Of a stretch of 64,000 nt of DNA, positions 1 to 14,518 are shown piece after piece (positions within the stretch are counted from its first letter, which is position 1; every line of letters starts with the position of its first letter). The DNA comes from Scenedesmus sp. PABB004. Its lineage: Eukaryota. The translations under genes were made by a program, and so were the position numbers. The notes under the pieces are model-generated. The model worked only from the letters and a program-made list of their open reading frames with translations. It searched no databases and had not been told where the DNA came from. Where the stretch lies: assembly GCA_014905635.1 (NCBI GenBank), contig CM026548.1:186001-250000 (forward strand), written 5' to 3'.

Positions 1-2735
<2,735 letters not shown>

Positions 2736-3111
2736 AGCGGCTGAGCGGCTAGGCGGCTGGCGCGGGAGCGGCTCGTGCGCGCTGTCTGTTTTTTCTTGGC
2801 TGCCCATCGGCTGGCCGGTCGGGGGTAACCGGCGGCGCTCATCAGATGCATTGCAGACGGCGCGGCGCCGCGCGCGCCCCAAAAAGCCTCGACCACCCGC
2901 CGGCATCCTGCCTTGCACCTCTCTCAGCGCGCGGCGGCCGCGTGCACAAGTGCGCCAGTGCTCTCCCCACCCCCGCCCACGCGCCGTGTGTTCCCCGCCG
3001 CAGCAGCCGCTGCTGCTGCCGCTCCGCGCCCGCTGCTGCTGCGGCCCCGGCGGCGGCGCCGCCGCCGCCGCTGCGCTTATTGCCGCTGCGCGAGCGCGCC
3101 ACCGGCACAGC

Positions 3112-4152
3112 TCACACGGCGTTGGCGCCGGTCGTGCTGGCGCCGCCGCCGGTGAAGATGGACAGCAGGCCCTGGTTGTTCTGCGGGGCGCGCGGCGGCG
3201 CCGGGCGTCACGGCGGGCCGCAGCGTGCGCTGCCGGTCGCCGCGCCGCATGCCCATGCCCCGCCCCCTCCTCCACAGACACACACACACACACACAGCAC
3301 GCAGCGCGCCGAGCGCGCCCAGCGCGCGCAGCGTGCGCGCGCCGCACCTCGGCCTCGTCCAGGAAGAGGTCGTCCGGCACGCGCGTCGCGCCGTGCAGGC
3401 TGATGATGGCGACGCTGAGCGTCAGCGCGCTGAACAGCACGTTGGCAACGCTCGTGAGCACAAAGACGACAAGGAAGGAGATGCCGGACATGCCCAGCAG
3501 CTTCTCGCGCTCGCTGCGAGCAGCAACCAGCGGCGGCAGTTGCGTTTGCGGCGGCGCCGGCGGCGCCGGGCTGCGGCCGGCGGTTGCGTTTGCGGCGGCC
3601 GGCGCGCGTCCCGCCCCGGCGCGCCGCGGCGGCGCGGACCTGAGCTCCTTGCCGCTTATGACGAGGGGTCCCTGGCGGATGGCGAAGACGTAGATCCAGC
3701 TGGAGAGCAGGAAGCCGAGCACGAGCAGGCTGGAGGGGTGGGTGAGGAACGTCGCCGCGACGGTCAGCAGGATGACGACGAGGTAGTTGATCCGAAAGTA
3801 CCCCGCGTTCTTGCGCAGCCGCGAGGCCGCCTCCTGCAGGCTGCCGGGCTTGCTGAAGCTGGAGCGGTCCAGCACCTCGCCCCAGGGCTTGCGCTGCGGG
3901 GCGGCGGCGGGCGCATGCAGTAGAGCCCCCGCCGCCGCACGCCGGCCCCCCGCCGGCCCTCCGCGGCGCCCACACGGCGCTGCGCACCTGCTCAAACGTG
4001 GACGTCGCGTAGTCGCGCAGCCGCGAGCCCACCAGCCAGAGCGCCGAGGGCGCTGCCGCAGGGCCCGCCCCGCCGGAGCCCGCGGCCTGCGCGGCGCTGG
4101 GGACGACCAGTGGCGCCGGCGCGGGCGCCTGGGGCGCCGCCGCGCTGGCCAT
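3112..4152 (-). CDS. PRA1 (prenylated Rab acceptor) family protein, 4 exons
   Basis: QRKPWGEVLDRSSFSKP..ASRLRKNAGYFRINYL, hydrophobic segments, LHGATRVPDDLFLDE; GT-AG introns. Confidence 0.92.
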
Positions 4153-4369
4153 GGCCGCGGCGGGCGGGCAGGCGGTGCGGGCTGCACGCGGCGGACGGCG
4201 GGCTGGGCTGGGCGTCGGACTGTGCGGCGAGCGGTGGAGGCCCGGGACTCTGGAGCGGCGGCGAGGTGCGCGGCGGTGCGCCGGCGGCTGCGGCGGTTGT
4301 GCGGAGCTGCGCCCTGCACCGCGGCGACGCCTTCGCGGCAGCCGCCTGTGCGCGGCGGCCTGCTGTGCG

Positions 4370-4374
4370 TTACA
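4370..4374 (-). promoter_or_regulatory. Putative chlorophyte poly(A) signal TGTAA for the GH16 gene
   Basis: TTACA on the + strand, about 540 nt downstream of the GH16 stop; the motif is rare in this GC-rich DNA. Confidence 0.5.
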
Positions 4375-4914
4375 GGTCACACCCGCCTGGCCCCCGCGCG
4401 GCGACGCGCCATCAAACAAAGTGCGGGTGCGGTGCCCGGGCGCCTCGCGCCGGCGCGCAAGAAAAACGGAGCGTGCGTCGATGCGTTCGGTGCTGTGCCG
4501 GGCAAGGCCGGTAGCACCCCTGTGTGTGTTCTGCGGCAGTGCGGGCGCGCCGCCGCCCCCCATGGGGCTGGCCAGCCAGCGCGGGCGTGCGCACGCCAGG
4601 GCGCACGCCCGGCGCAGCGGCAATCTGTGCAACGCGGGCGATGCATGCGCGAACACCGGTGAGCGGCTGTACAGGTGTGGGTGAGAGTTTCTGGCGAGTG
4701 CCCTCGCCTGCGCGCATGCCGTGCGCGTGCACGCACGGCACGCGCGGCTGCCCTCCCCCGTCCCAGCTGCATGGCGCGGTGCATGCCGCGCGCCCCCTCC
4801 CCCTTGATCAGAAGTGCCCGCTTGTGCTAATCAATCAATGTGCCTGTGAACGTGCACGGCCAGCCCGTGACAACCCGCAGCCCTCTGCCCTCTGCCCGCC
4901 GCCGTCGGCGCGCG

Positions 4915-6417
4915 TCACGTGCTCGGCTGCAGGTCGTGGTCGGGCTTGGGGCAGAACGCGGGGCCCCTGGGCTTGAACGTCACGTCCTTGAGGTGCGCCC
5001 ACACGATCTTGTCGGCCGGGATGTTGTACGGCCCGCTCCAGTTGGTGATGTGGTTGTTCGACCTGCGCCCGCCGGCGGCGCGCGTGCGCGGCGCGTGGGC
5101 GGCGCGTGAGCGGCGGCCGCGGCGTGCGAGCGACGCGCGAGCGGCGGCCCCGCGCTGCGGAGCTGGGGCGCTCCCGCCCACCAGAACGTGATGATCGCGC
5201 GCATCGGCTCTGACCAGAAGGCGTTGACCTCGGGGCTGCTCGGCTTCCACTCGCGCAGCACGACCTGCGGCGGGGGGGCGCGCGGTCGGCGGCGGCGCGC
5301 GGCGGGGCGGCGGCAGCACGCGACCGCCCGCGCCACGCTCCCTGCCGCGGGCTGCTGCGCGCACCCAGTCCTTGTGCGCGGTGGACTTGGCCGTGAAGCG
5401 CACAAACTTGGCGTCCCGGGCGAGCAGGTCCCACTCGATGCAATAGCGGATCGGGTCCACCTGGCTCGCGCCGCCCAGCAGCTGCGGCGGCGGCGCGGCG
5501 CGGCGGCGCGGCGGCGCGGCGGAGCGACGCAGGGTGGGCGGGCTGCGGGCGCTGCTGCCGCCGGGGCGGCGTCGCCGGGCTGGGAGGGGGAGGCGGGCCG
5601 CGCCGCGCCGCGCACCGACACGGTGTTGTGCTCCATTGCGTTGGGCTGCTCGCGCCCCATCTCAAACACGCTCGTCTGCACGATATCGGGCTTCAGGCCC
5701 AGCCACTCCAGGTCGGCCTCGCGCCACGTCGTGGAGCTGCGCTCGGAGCCTGCGCGGCGCGGCCCGGCCCGGCGCGCGGCGCGGCGCGGCGTCGGCGGCG
5801 CGCCCGGCGTGCCGCGAGCGCCGGCCGAGCGCCAGCTGGCAGCAGCACTGGGTGGGCGAGCAGCTCGGCAGGGCTGGCCCGAGGGCGCTCGGCGCCGCTC
5901 ACCCTTGGGGTGGATGTCGATGAGATACATGCCAAAGATGGTGCCGCTGGTCGGCTCGGGAATGCGCAGCCACGCGCACACCTTGCCTCCAAGGTACGCG
6001 TAGCGCGTCGACACGCGCATGCCCGCGCCAAACGGGTCCTGCGCGCCGCGGCGCGCGCGGCGCCGGCGCGGCGATCAGCTGGCCGCGCGGCGCGCCGCGT
6101 GCCCGGCGCGCGCAGGCCGCGCGCCTGGGCCGCGCGCGGGCGCGCACCATCCGGAGCGGGTTCTCGTTGCCGCGGCCGTGGAGGGGGACGCTCATGTCGT
6201 TGCCCTTTGTCCTGATAGCCTCGGTGAAGGTCGGCGTGATGCCGTCGTAGGCCCACTGGTTGAGCTGCCCCGGGAGCGGGCGCTTGTACCAAACCGGCGT
6301 CACGCTCGTGAACGGGTTGCTCCGGGCGTTGGGGCAGTGCGGCGGCGCGGCGGCCGCGCGCGCGGCCGCGCCGCCCGCCGCCGCCAGGCCCAGCAGCAGA
6401 AGCAGTGCGAGGCGCAT
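4915..6417 (-). CDS. Secreted glycoside hydrolase family 16 protein (XTH/licheninase-like), 6 exons
   Basis: Signal peptide MRLALLLLLGLAAAGG; YLGGKVCAWLRIP..SGTIFGMYL; catalytic-type ExDxE motif WREADLEWLG; RYCIEW; EPMRAIITFW..WSGP. Confidence 0.75.
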
Positions 6418-6902
6418 CGTCGTCGCTGGTGGGCGCGCGGCTCGCGGACTGCCGCTCGCCTGCGTGAGTGGGAGGTGCTGTACTGGTCGACGGCTGGCCT
6501 GTGGGCTGCTGGGCGCGGCTCGCACGCTGCTGCTTGGCCTGCGTGCGTGGGCTGTACTGGTCGGCGCCTGGCCTGCGCGGCTGCTGCTCGTTGAGCTGCG
6601 TTGAGCGGCGTCGTGTCAAATCGGTGGGAACTGCGCCCTCGCGGAGCGCTGGTGGAGCTAGGCGGCCCGCCCGCCGCGGGCCGCGGCGATGGCGCGGGCC
6701 CCGCGCGAGGCAACTCCCTCGCTGCCCTCCGACCTCCCGCGCAAGCCGCTGGCATGACACCGCGCGTGTCACACGGATCTCATGGCGGCACGGCGGAGCT
6801 GGCAGACGTCTCGCGGCGGGGCAGACCTGGTTGCCGTGCGACCAGCGCTGCCCGCCGCCGCCGCGCGGGCGGCCCACGGCCCTTGGCGCCGCCGCCGCGC
6901 CG

Positions 6903-8064
6903 TCACCGCGCCGTCCAGCCGCCGTCCACGGAGAGGCACGCGCCGGTGATGGAGGACGAGTGGGGGCCGCAGAGGTGCAGCACCATCGCGGCGATGTCCT
7001 CCGGCTTGACGAACGCCTTGGTCGGCTGGTCAGCCAGCATCACCTTCTCGACGACCGCCTCCATGGTCATGCCGCGCACGCGCGCCGTGTCCGCCAGCTG
7101 GTTGCGCACCAGGTCTGCGCGCCGCGGCGCGCGGCGGCGGCGTCGGCCGGCGCAGCGGCGCGCGGCGGCGTCAGTGAGCAGCGCGCGCGCACCGGTGAGC
7201 ACGTAGCCGGGGCAGATCGCGTTGCAGGTGACGCCACTGGTCGCCGTCTCGAGGGCCACAGTCTGCGGCGGCGCGGCAGCCGCGCGGCGGCGTTGGTGGC
7301 GGCGCCGGCCGCAGCGCGGGCCCGTGCTCCCCTCTGAGGCGCCGCCGGCCGCGGCGCGCCTTGGTGAACCCTGCGACGCCGTGCTTGGCCGCGTTGTAGG
7401 CCGACTTGAACGGCGACGCGACAAGCGCGTGCATGGAGCCGGTGTTGACGATGCGGCCCCAGCCCGCGGCGAGCATGCCCGGCAGCGCGGCCTTGGTAGT
7501 GTGAAAGCCGCTGCTCAGGCAGACCGCGAGGATGTCGTCCCACTTTTCCTCGGGGAACTCGTGCACCGGGGAGACAAACTGGATGCCTGCATGCACGCAG
7601 GCATACAGCTTGTCGGCGCTGCGCAGCACCGAACGCAGCGCGCGGCAGCGGTGCGCGCGCGCTTGCAGGGCCCGCGCCGCCCGCGCGCCTGCGTTGTTGA
7701 CCAGTATGTCCAGCCGGCCGAAGCGGTCCTGCACCTGCGGCGGTGCAGCGCGGCGGCGGCGGCAGCGTGGCAGCGCGGCCGGCAGCGGTTGCGACGCCCG
7801 CCCCGCCGCACGCTCCCGACCGGCCCCCACCTGCGACACCATGTCGCGTATGAGCGCCGGCTTGCGCAGGTCGGCGTCGGAGAAGGTGGTCGCCGCGCCG
7901 CTGCGCGCCGCCAGCTCGTCCTGGATGCCCGCCGCGTCCGCTGCTGCGGCGAAGCCGTGCACTGCCACGGCAGCGCCGGCGTCGGCGAGGGCGCGCGCAA
8001 TGGCAAGGCCTATACCGGAGGTGCTCCCCGTCACGAGCGCGGCCTTGCCGGCCAGCATGGCCAT
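6903..8064 (-). CDS. D-3-hydroxybutyrate dehydrogenase (SDR family), 5 exons
   Basis: GKAALVTGSTSGIG, LDILVNNAGIQFVSPVHEFPEEKW, HALVASPFKSAYNAAKHG, CNAICPGYVLTDLV, ITGACLSVDGGWTAR. Confidence 0.9.
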
Positions 8065-8644
8065 GCCGGGCGCGCTGCTGCTCCCGCTGCTGCTGAGGGT
8101 GGCGCTGAAGAGTGAGGCACGGCGCGGGCGGCAGCTGGCGGGCGTGGCGGCGGCTGGGTGCTTGTGGGTGGCGCGGGCCGCCGCCGCGGGGGCAGCCGCG
8201 GGGGGCAGAGGGCGCTGTTCGCGGGCGGCCGTCACTCCGCGGCGGTTGCGCGTCGTCACTGCGTCATGCCGCCAGCATCGCCCGCCGACAAGCAAGCTCA
8301 ATTCGCATGCATCAAAGGCAAGCAAGCAGTGATGGAGTTGCTGGCACGGTGCCGCGCCGCACACGCAGTTGGCGAGTGTTGCTAGCCAGAGAGTGCAAAT
8401 TCCTTGGCCCGCCGACCAATGTCTTGCAAGTCAATCCCTCACCGCCCCCCAGGTTCGCGCGCTAAGACATCCGGCGCGCTCGCCGCGGGGCGCCACCGCC
8501 GATTGGCGCGCGCATGCGCACGCGCACAGCACCAAAACCCGCGCGCCCATCCCCGCGTGGAGACCGATCCAAGTCGCTCGAGCTGCGGTCAGGCGGCCGC
8601 CGAGGCTCTCCCGCCCGCGCTCTCCCGCCCGAGCGCGCGCGCGC

Positions 8645-11600
8645 TCACAGGTCGGCGACCCACCGCTCGCGCGCGTCGCGGTCGCCGAGCGACACGGCGC
8701 TCAGCATCGCGCCGAGGCGCGCGTGCACGTCGGAAAAGGGCGGGCGCTCAAAGGGGTCGGCTGCCCAGCACTGGACCATGAGCGTCCGATAAGGGTCCGG
8801 GCAGTCGTCGGGCACGGGCGGCCGCTGGTTCCACAGCGCCACCTGGCGGCGGCGCGGCGGCGCCCGCGGCGTCGCGCGCGGGCGGGGGCGGCGGTCAAGC
8901 GGGCCGCGGCGCACGCGCGCCGCGCCGCGCGTGGCTGCGTGGCTGCGCGCGCGCCAGGGCCGCGCCTGCTCAAAGACCTCGCCGTAGTGCTGGCCCGAAA
9001 ACGCCACCTGCCCGCAATACAGCTCCCACATCAGCACCCCTGGCCCGGCCCGGCAGACGGGGCCCCCGTGAGCGGCGGCGGCGGCGGCGGCGCGACGAGG
9101 CGGAGCGCGCGGCGGAGCCCGCCGCGCCGGGCCCGGGCCGCCGCGCGCGCGCCGCCGCCTCACCAAACGCGTACACATCACCTGCAGGGGGCGGCGGCGC
9201 GGCGCGGCAGGGGGCGGGGCGCGGGTGGGCCGAGGCACCGGCGGCGCGCTCGAGCGCGCGGCGACCGGCCGGGCGCGCCCGCGGCGCGCACCCGCGGGGC
9301 TGAGGCGTCCGAGGCGGAGCAGCTCGGGCGCGCAGTGGTTGAGCGTCCCCATCGTCCTCGTGGAGCGGTGGCTCTGCCCGCCGGCGAGCGAGCGGCTCAG
9401 GCCAAAGTCGCTGACCTTGGCCACGCGGCCGTAGGGCGCCCCAGCCTCGAGCTTGATCAGCACGTTGCCTAGGAGGAGAAGCAGGCAGGGCGGGGCGGGC
9501 GGACGGGCAGGCGCGCGTGGGCGTGCGTGCGGCGCGTGCGGCGCCGTCGCAGGCCCCGCCGCGCCGCGGCGCTCGCCTGGCTTGAGGTCGCCGTGCAGCA
9601 CGTTGCGGGAGTGCAGGTAGAGCATGCCTGCGGGCCAGGCGGGGAGGCAGGGAAGCAGGGGGGCAGGGGGCGGGTGGGCCAGGCGGCGACGAGCGGCACG
9701 CGCCCCGCGCCCCGCCGGCGACGTGCCGGCGCAGGCCGGCGGGGCGCGGGCCCGCGCGCGATCGCGCGTCGGTCAAACCGCGACCCACCCGCCGCGACGT
9801 CGCGCAGCAGCGTGAGGCAGTGCGCCTGCGCGCGCGGAGCGGGCGCGGCGCGTGAGCGTGGCGCGCTGTCTGCGCGGCCCGGCGCGCGCCCCCGCGGCGC
9901 CGCACCATGCGGCGGCCGCCGCTGCGCAGCGAGGCCGTCGCCAGGCGGCCGCCCTGCAGGAGGTCCAGCAGCGTGCCGCCGTCCGCGTACTCCAGAATCA
10001 GCCACGTCTGCGCCTCCGAGGGCTGCACGCCAGCGACCAGGCCGTGGAAGCCGCGCCGCGCGGGCCGGCCGCCGGCGCGGTCGGGCGCCGGCGCGCGCGG
10101 GGCGCCGCTGTCCAGGCTCGGGCCGCCGGCCGCGTCGGCGCTGTGCAGCACGCCGACGGCGTGCCACACGCTGCCGGCGCTGGCGCCGTGCGGCTGCGGC
10201 GGCGTGCCGCTGGCGCCGGCGGCGGCGGCGGCAGGGTTGCCGCCGCCGCTGAGCGGGGGACACGTGCTGTGGCTGGCCGGCGGCTCCGCGCTGTGCTCGT
10301 GCAGCTGGGCGGGTGTGAAGGGAATGAAGGTGAGGGCAGGCTGCCCTTCCTGGGGAGGGGCGGCCGCGCCGGCGGCGGCGGCGGCGCCGGCGCCGGCGCC
10401 GCCCTTGGCGGCCGCGCCGCCCCGGATGGCGCCGCTGAGCGCCGCTGCGCTCGCGCCGCTGCCCGGGCTGGCGGACGCGCGCGCCAGGCGCTGCGCCGAG
10501 GTCGGGCGCATCGCTGACGGCGGCAGGTTCAGCGCCGGCAGCCCGGCCGGCCCCGGCACCACAGGCGCCCCGAGCAGCTCCGGCGAGCTGTGCGCCGGCG
10601 GCGGCGCCTCCGCCGCCAGCGCCTGGAGCTTGGACGCCGCCGAGGGCTGCCGCGTGAGCGCGACCACCACCAGCTCCGCGCTGCTGCTGCCCGCGTCCAG
10701 CGAGCCGGCGGTCGGTGCGGCTCCCGCCGTGGCGCTGGCGCTGTTGCCGGGGTCGTCGCCGCGGCCATCGCCCGCTGGCGGCGCAGCTGCGCCGACCGCC
10801 GCCGCCATCGCCGCGGCGCCGGCCGAAGCACTGCCCGGCGTCCGCAGCACGCTGGTGATTGCGGCGGCCGACGAGGCGTAGCTGGGGCTGCTGCAGGTGC
10901 TGCTCGACTGGCGCTGCAGGAGCGGCGCAGCGGACGGGAGCGGTGTGGACGTGAGGCGCGGCGCTCGCGCGAGGTTGGCAGGCGCGCCCCGCAGCGCAGT
11001 GCGGCGGCGCTCGCACCTGCATGCGCGAAGGCGCGCCCGGCGCTCCGCTCGAGCCGGCCGAGCCGCCTGGCACCGCCGCCCTGCCGCCGCCCGCGACGCG
11101 CACGGCCAGGGCGCCCGACAGCGCCGCCGAGGCGTTGCTGCTGCTGCTCACGCTGGGCGTGGCGGGCGCCGCGCCCAGCACGCCGAAGCTGCGCCCCGCC
11201 GCGACGACGCCCGGGGTTTGGCAAAGCTGAGGCGCCCCGACGACGCCACGTGCGTGCTCGCCAGCCGGTCCGGCGCGCCGCCCTGCGACGAGCTCCGCCG
11301 CGCCGCGCCCGGCGGCGAGGCGTCGCCGCCTTGGTCGCCGCCGCCGTTGCCGTCGCCGTCGTCGCCAAACGGCAGCGGCGGCACGGCGGCCGGCGGCTCG
11401 CTCGCGCGCCACGTGACAAAGTGATACGCCGCGATGATGTTCTCGTGCCTGCAGCGAGGCGCGGGCGGCGGCCGCTCTCCGCGCGCACTGCAAACGCTGC
11501 GGCGGCGGCGGCGGCGCGCGGCCGCTCGCCCGCCCGCGGCCAGGGCCGCCGCACCGGAACGACATGACGAGGTCAACCTCGTTGGAGATGGCCGCCGCCG

Positions 11601-14199
11601 CCGTGGAATCGTGCTGCAGCACCTTGACTGCGACTACTCGGCCGTGCCACTCTCCCTTGTACACTCGGCCGTAGCTGCCTGGCGTTTGGTGAACAGAGGG
11701 GGGTGCAGCGGGGCGCAGGGGCGGCGGGGCGAGCGCGGCGGCGCGGCGTCACGCCCGCCGCTGCTGCGGAGGCGCCGCCCCCGCGCCGGCGCCTGCGCGC
11801 GCACCCGCTCCGAGCAGCACGCCTACGGCACGCACGCGCGGCGGCCGGCGGCGGGCGGCGGGGTCAGGCGGGGATCGGGCGGCGGGCCACGCGCCGCCCG
11901 GGCGCGCGCCGCCGGGCGCCGCGCCGCCGCCAGGCGGCGTGCGCACCCAGCTTGATGCGGTCGCTGGGCGTGGCGTGGCGGAACTCGGGGCTCGTCTTGC
12001 AGGCCGTCAGCTGCCACCCGCCGCCTCGCGTGCCCACCGCGAGCGACTCAAGCGTGCCGATCATGCCCCTGGCGGCGGCGCGGCGCGGCGCGGCGGTGGG
12101 CGCTGGCGGAGCCGCTGCGGAGGCGGAGGCGGAGGCGCAGCGACCGCCGCCCCCGCGCGCCCACCCGACGCCGCCGGGCAGGTCGGTGGGGCCGCTGGTC
12201 AGCGTGTCGTCGGCGCTGGGCGGCCCCTGCTGCGGCAGCAGCCGCGAGCTGCCGCCGCCGAGGCTCTTGCGAACAAACGCGACGGGGAGGTGCTGCAGCC
12301 GCCGCCGGCGGCGCATCACCAGCAGCAGCCACGCGACCGCGCCGCCCACCAGCAGCGCGCCTGCGCAGCAGCACTGTCGGCGGCGGCGCGCCAGCCGCGC
12401 CCGCCGCAGCGCGCCAGCGCCGCGCCCGCCTTGCGCGCGCCGCGCGCCGCGCCTGCGATGGCCACCGGGACCGCGAGCACCGCCGCCGCTCGCGCGCGCG
12501 GTGCCGCACGGCCCGCCTCCGCCGCCAGCATGTTGTTGACCTGCGCCGCCGCCAGCGGCGCGGTCAGCGCGGGGCCGCGACGGTCAGGCCGGCGGCCCAG
12601 GCCCCCGGCAGCTGCTGGCGGCGGCGTCCCCCAGGCCCTGGCAGCGCGCCGCGCCGCGCCGCGGCTCACCGCGTCTACGACGCAGGAATCGGCGCCCTGC
12701 GCCGCCTCGCAGTCGGGGCTCACATACCCCAGGCACACGCGCGTCGTGTTGAGCTGCCGCACCCAATAGCCAGCATAGAAGCTGGCTCGGGCGGTGGAGC
12801 GGCGGGCGGCGCGGTGTGGAGTGCACGGCGGGCGGCGGGCGGCGAGGGCAGGGGCAGCGCGCGTGGCGCGGCACGGCGGGCGCGCCACCTGCGCTGGTCG
12901 TCGCTGACGTCCCCTGGCGTCACGAAGCTCAGCGTGTCGTTCGCGTGAAGCGAGCCTGGTGGGGCGCGCAGCGGTCAGCGCGGCGGCGGCCCGGGCGGGG
13001 CGGCTGGCGGCCGCCCGATGCGCCTCCTGCCAAAGCCGGCGCTGGTGCTTCCGCCGCGGGCTTTGGCAGGAGGCGCATCGGGCGGCAGCCGCTCGCGCCG
13101 TCGGCCATCTCTCCGCCCGCCCGCCGCGGCGCGCGTACCCGAGTAGACCACGCCGCGGAAGGGAAAGTTGAGCAGCTCCGCGCTGTTGTTGACTAGCACA
13201 GCGTCGCCCGCGCCCGGCCGCTCGGGGCGCAGCGTGCTGACCAGCGTTGCCACGACGCCGGCGACGTTGGTCGCGCAGGCCGTGCGCACGCGCACCACGT
13301 TCTGCAGGAGCAGCACGCTGCTGCTGCCCTCGCCTGCGCGCGCGGCGGCCGGCCGAGGGTCGCGCGCGGCGGCGGCGGCGGCGGCGGTGTGGCGGCGGCG
13401 GAGGCGGTGTGGCGGCGGCGGGGCGCGGGCGCCGCCCGCACACGGGCAGGCAGGCGGGGGCCCGCGCAGCGCCGCCGCGCGCAGCTAGCATGCGCCGCCG
13501 CGCCCTCTGCAGGCGTGTGCGCCGCGCCTGCGAAAAACGGCAGGCCCTGCCCGCTACCCTTGCGTCCGCGGCCGAGTGCGATGTCTCGCAGCGTGAGCGT
13601 GACGCCCTCGCCGATGATCAGCCGCGCCTGTGCGGGCGTGGGCGTGGGCGTGAGACGCGCGGCATGAGACGCGCAGCGTGAGGCGCACGGCGTGAGGCGC
13701 GCGGCGTGGGCGCCGGCGACTGCCCCGCCGCCGCTCAGCGCGGGCCGCCGCGGCGTGCGCCACGCACTTCAAGGAATTCCAGGTCCAGCTGCGCGTAGCC
13801 CCGGCCCGGCCAGCCCGCCGTCGCAATCGTCAGGTTGCGCGCCAGCCGCTGCGGCGCGTCCTCCGGCCACAGCTCCGGCTGCGGCGCCGCCGCGGGCGTG
13901 CGCGGCGGGCGGTCGCGGCACGCAGCCCGTCGCAGCACGCAGCGCGCGCGGCGCCGCTGCCCGCACCTTGACTGCGTAGTCATCTGTCAGGAGTATCTGG
14001 TCGACATCGGCACGGCTGGCAAATATGTCGTGCAGCCGCGCGAACGAACCGTTTGCTGCGTCGCGCGCCGCGAGGTCGGGCACGAGCCAGGCCGTGCGGT
14101 TGGCGCCCGCCGCGCCCGCAGCAGCGCCCACGGGGCCGCCACAGCGAGTAGAGCCAGCAGGCAGGCGGCGCGGCCCGCCGCGGCGGCCGGGGCGGGCAT
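8645..14199 (-). CDS. Single-pass receptor-like Ser/Thr (TKL/MAP3K-like) kinase, about 18 exons; apparent frameshift near 14116
   Basis: Signal-like N-terminus; TM VLAVPVAIAGALLVGGAVAWLLLVM followed by RRRRR; GAGSYGRVYKG, VAVK, HENII, ILEYADGG, HGDLKPGNVL, DFGLS, GTLNHCAPE, DVYAFG. Confidence 0.88.
13010..13086. repeat. Perfect 28-bp inverted repeat (hairpin) in a kinase intron
   Basis: gccgcccgatgcgcctcctgccaaagcc (13010-13037) is the exact reverse complement of 13059-13086; 21-nt spacer. Confidence 0.95.
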
Positions 14200-14518
14200 G
14201 AGAGCGTGCACGCTCGCCGCCGCGGGCGCGCTGCCGGCGGCAGCGCCGGCGCGGTGCCCCGCCCTGTGCGCGGGCGCGGGTGAGCGGGGACCGCGATCGA
14301 AGGGGCGTGGGCGCGCCGGGCGGCCGCGGGGCGCGGCGCGGCAGCCGCTGCGCGGGCGGCGGAGCGGCGACTCGCGCCTCCCGCGCGGGCGCGGTGTCGG
14401 CGCGGCGCTGGGGCAGGCCGCGGCTGTGCGCCCGGCTGCCGATCGGCGGCGCTCGAGCGGCAGCGCGCGGCTGCGCGTGACGGCGGAGGTTCAGGTTTTC
14501 GGCTGCGCACCCGCTCGA

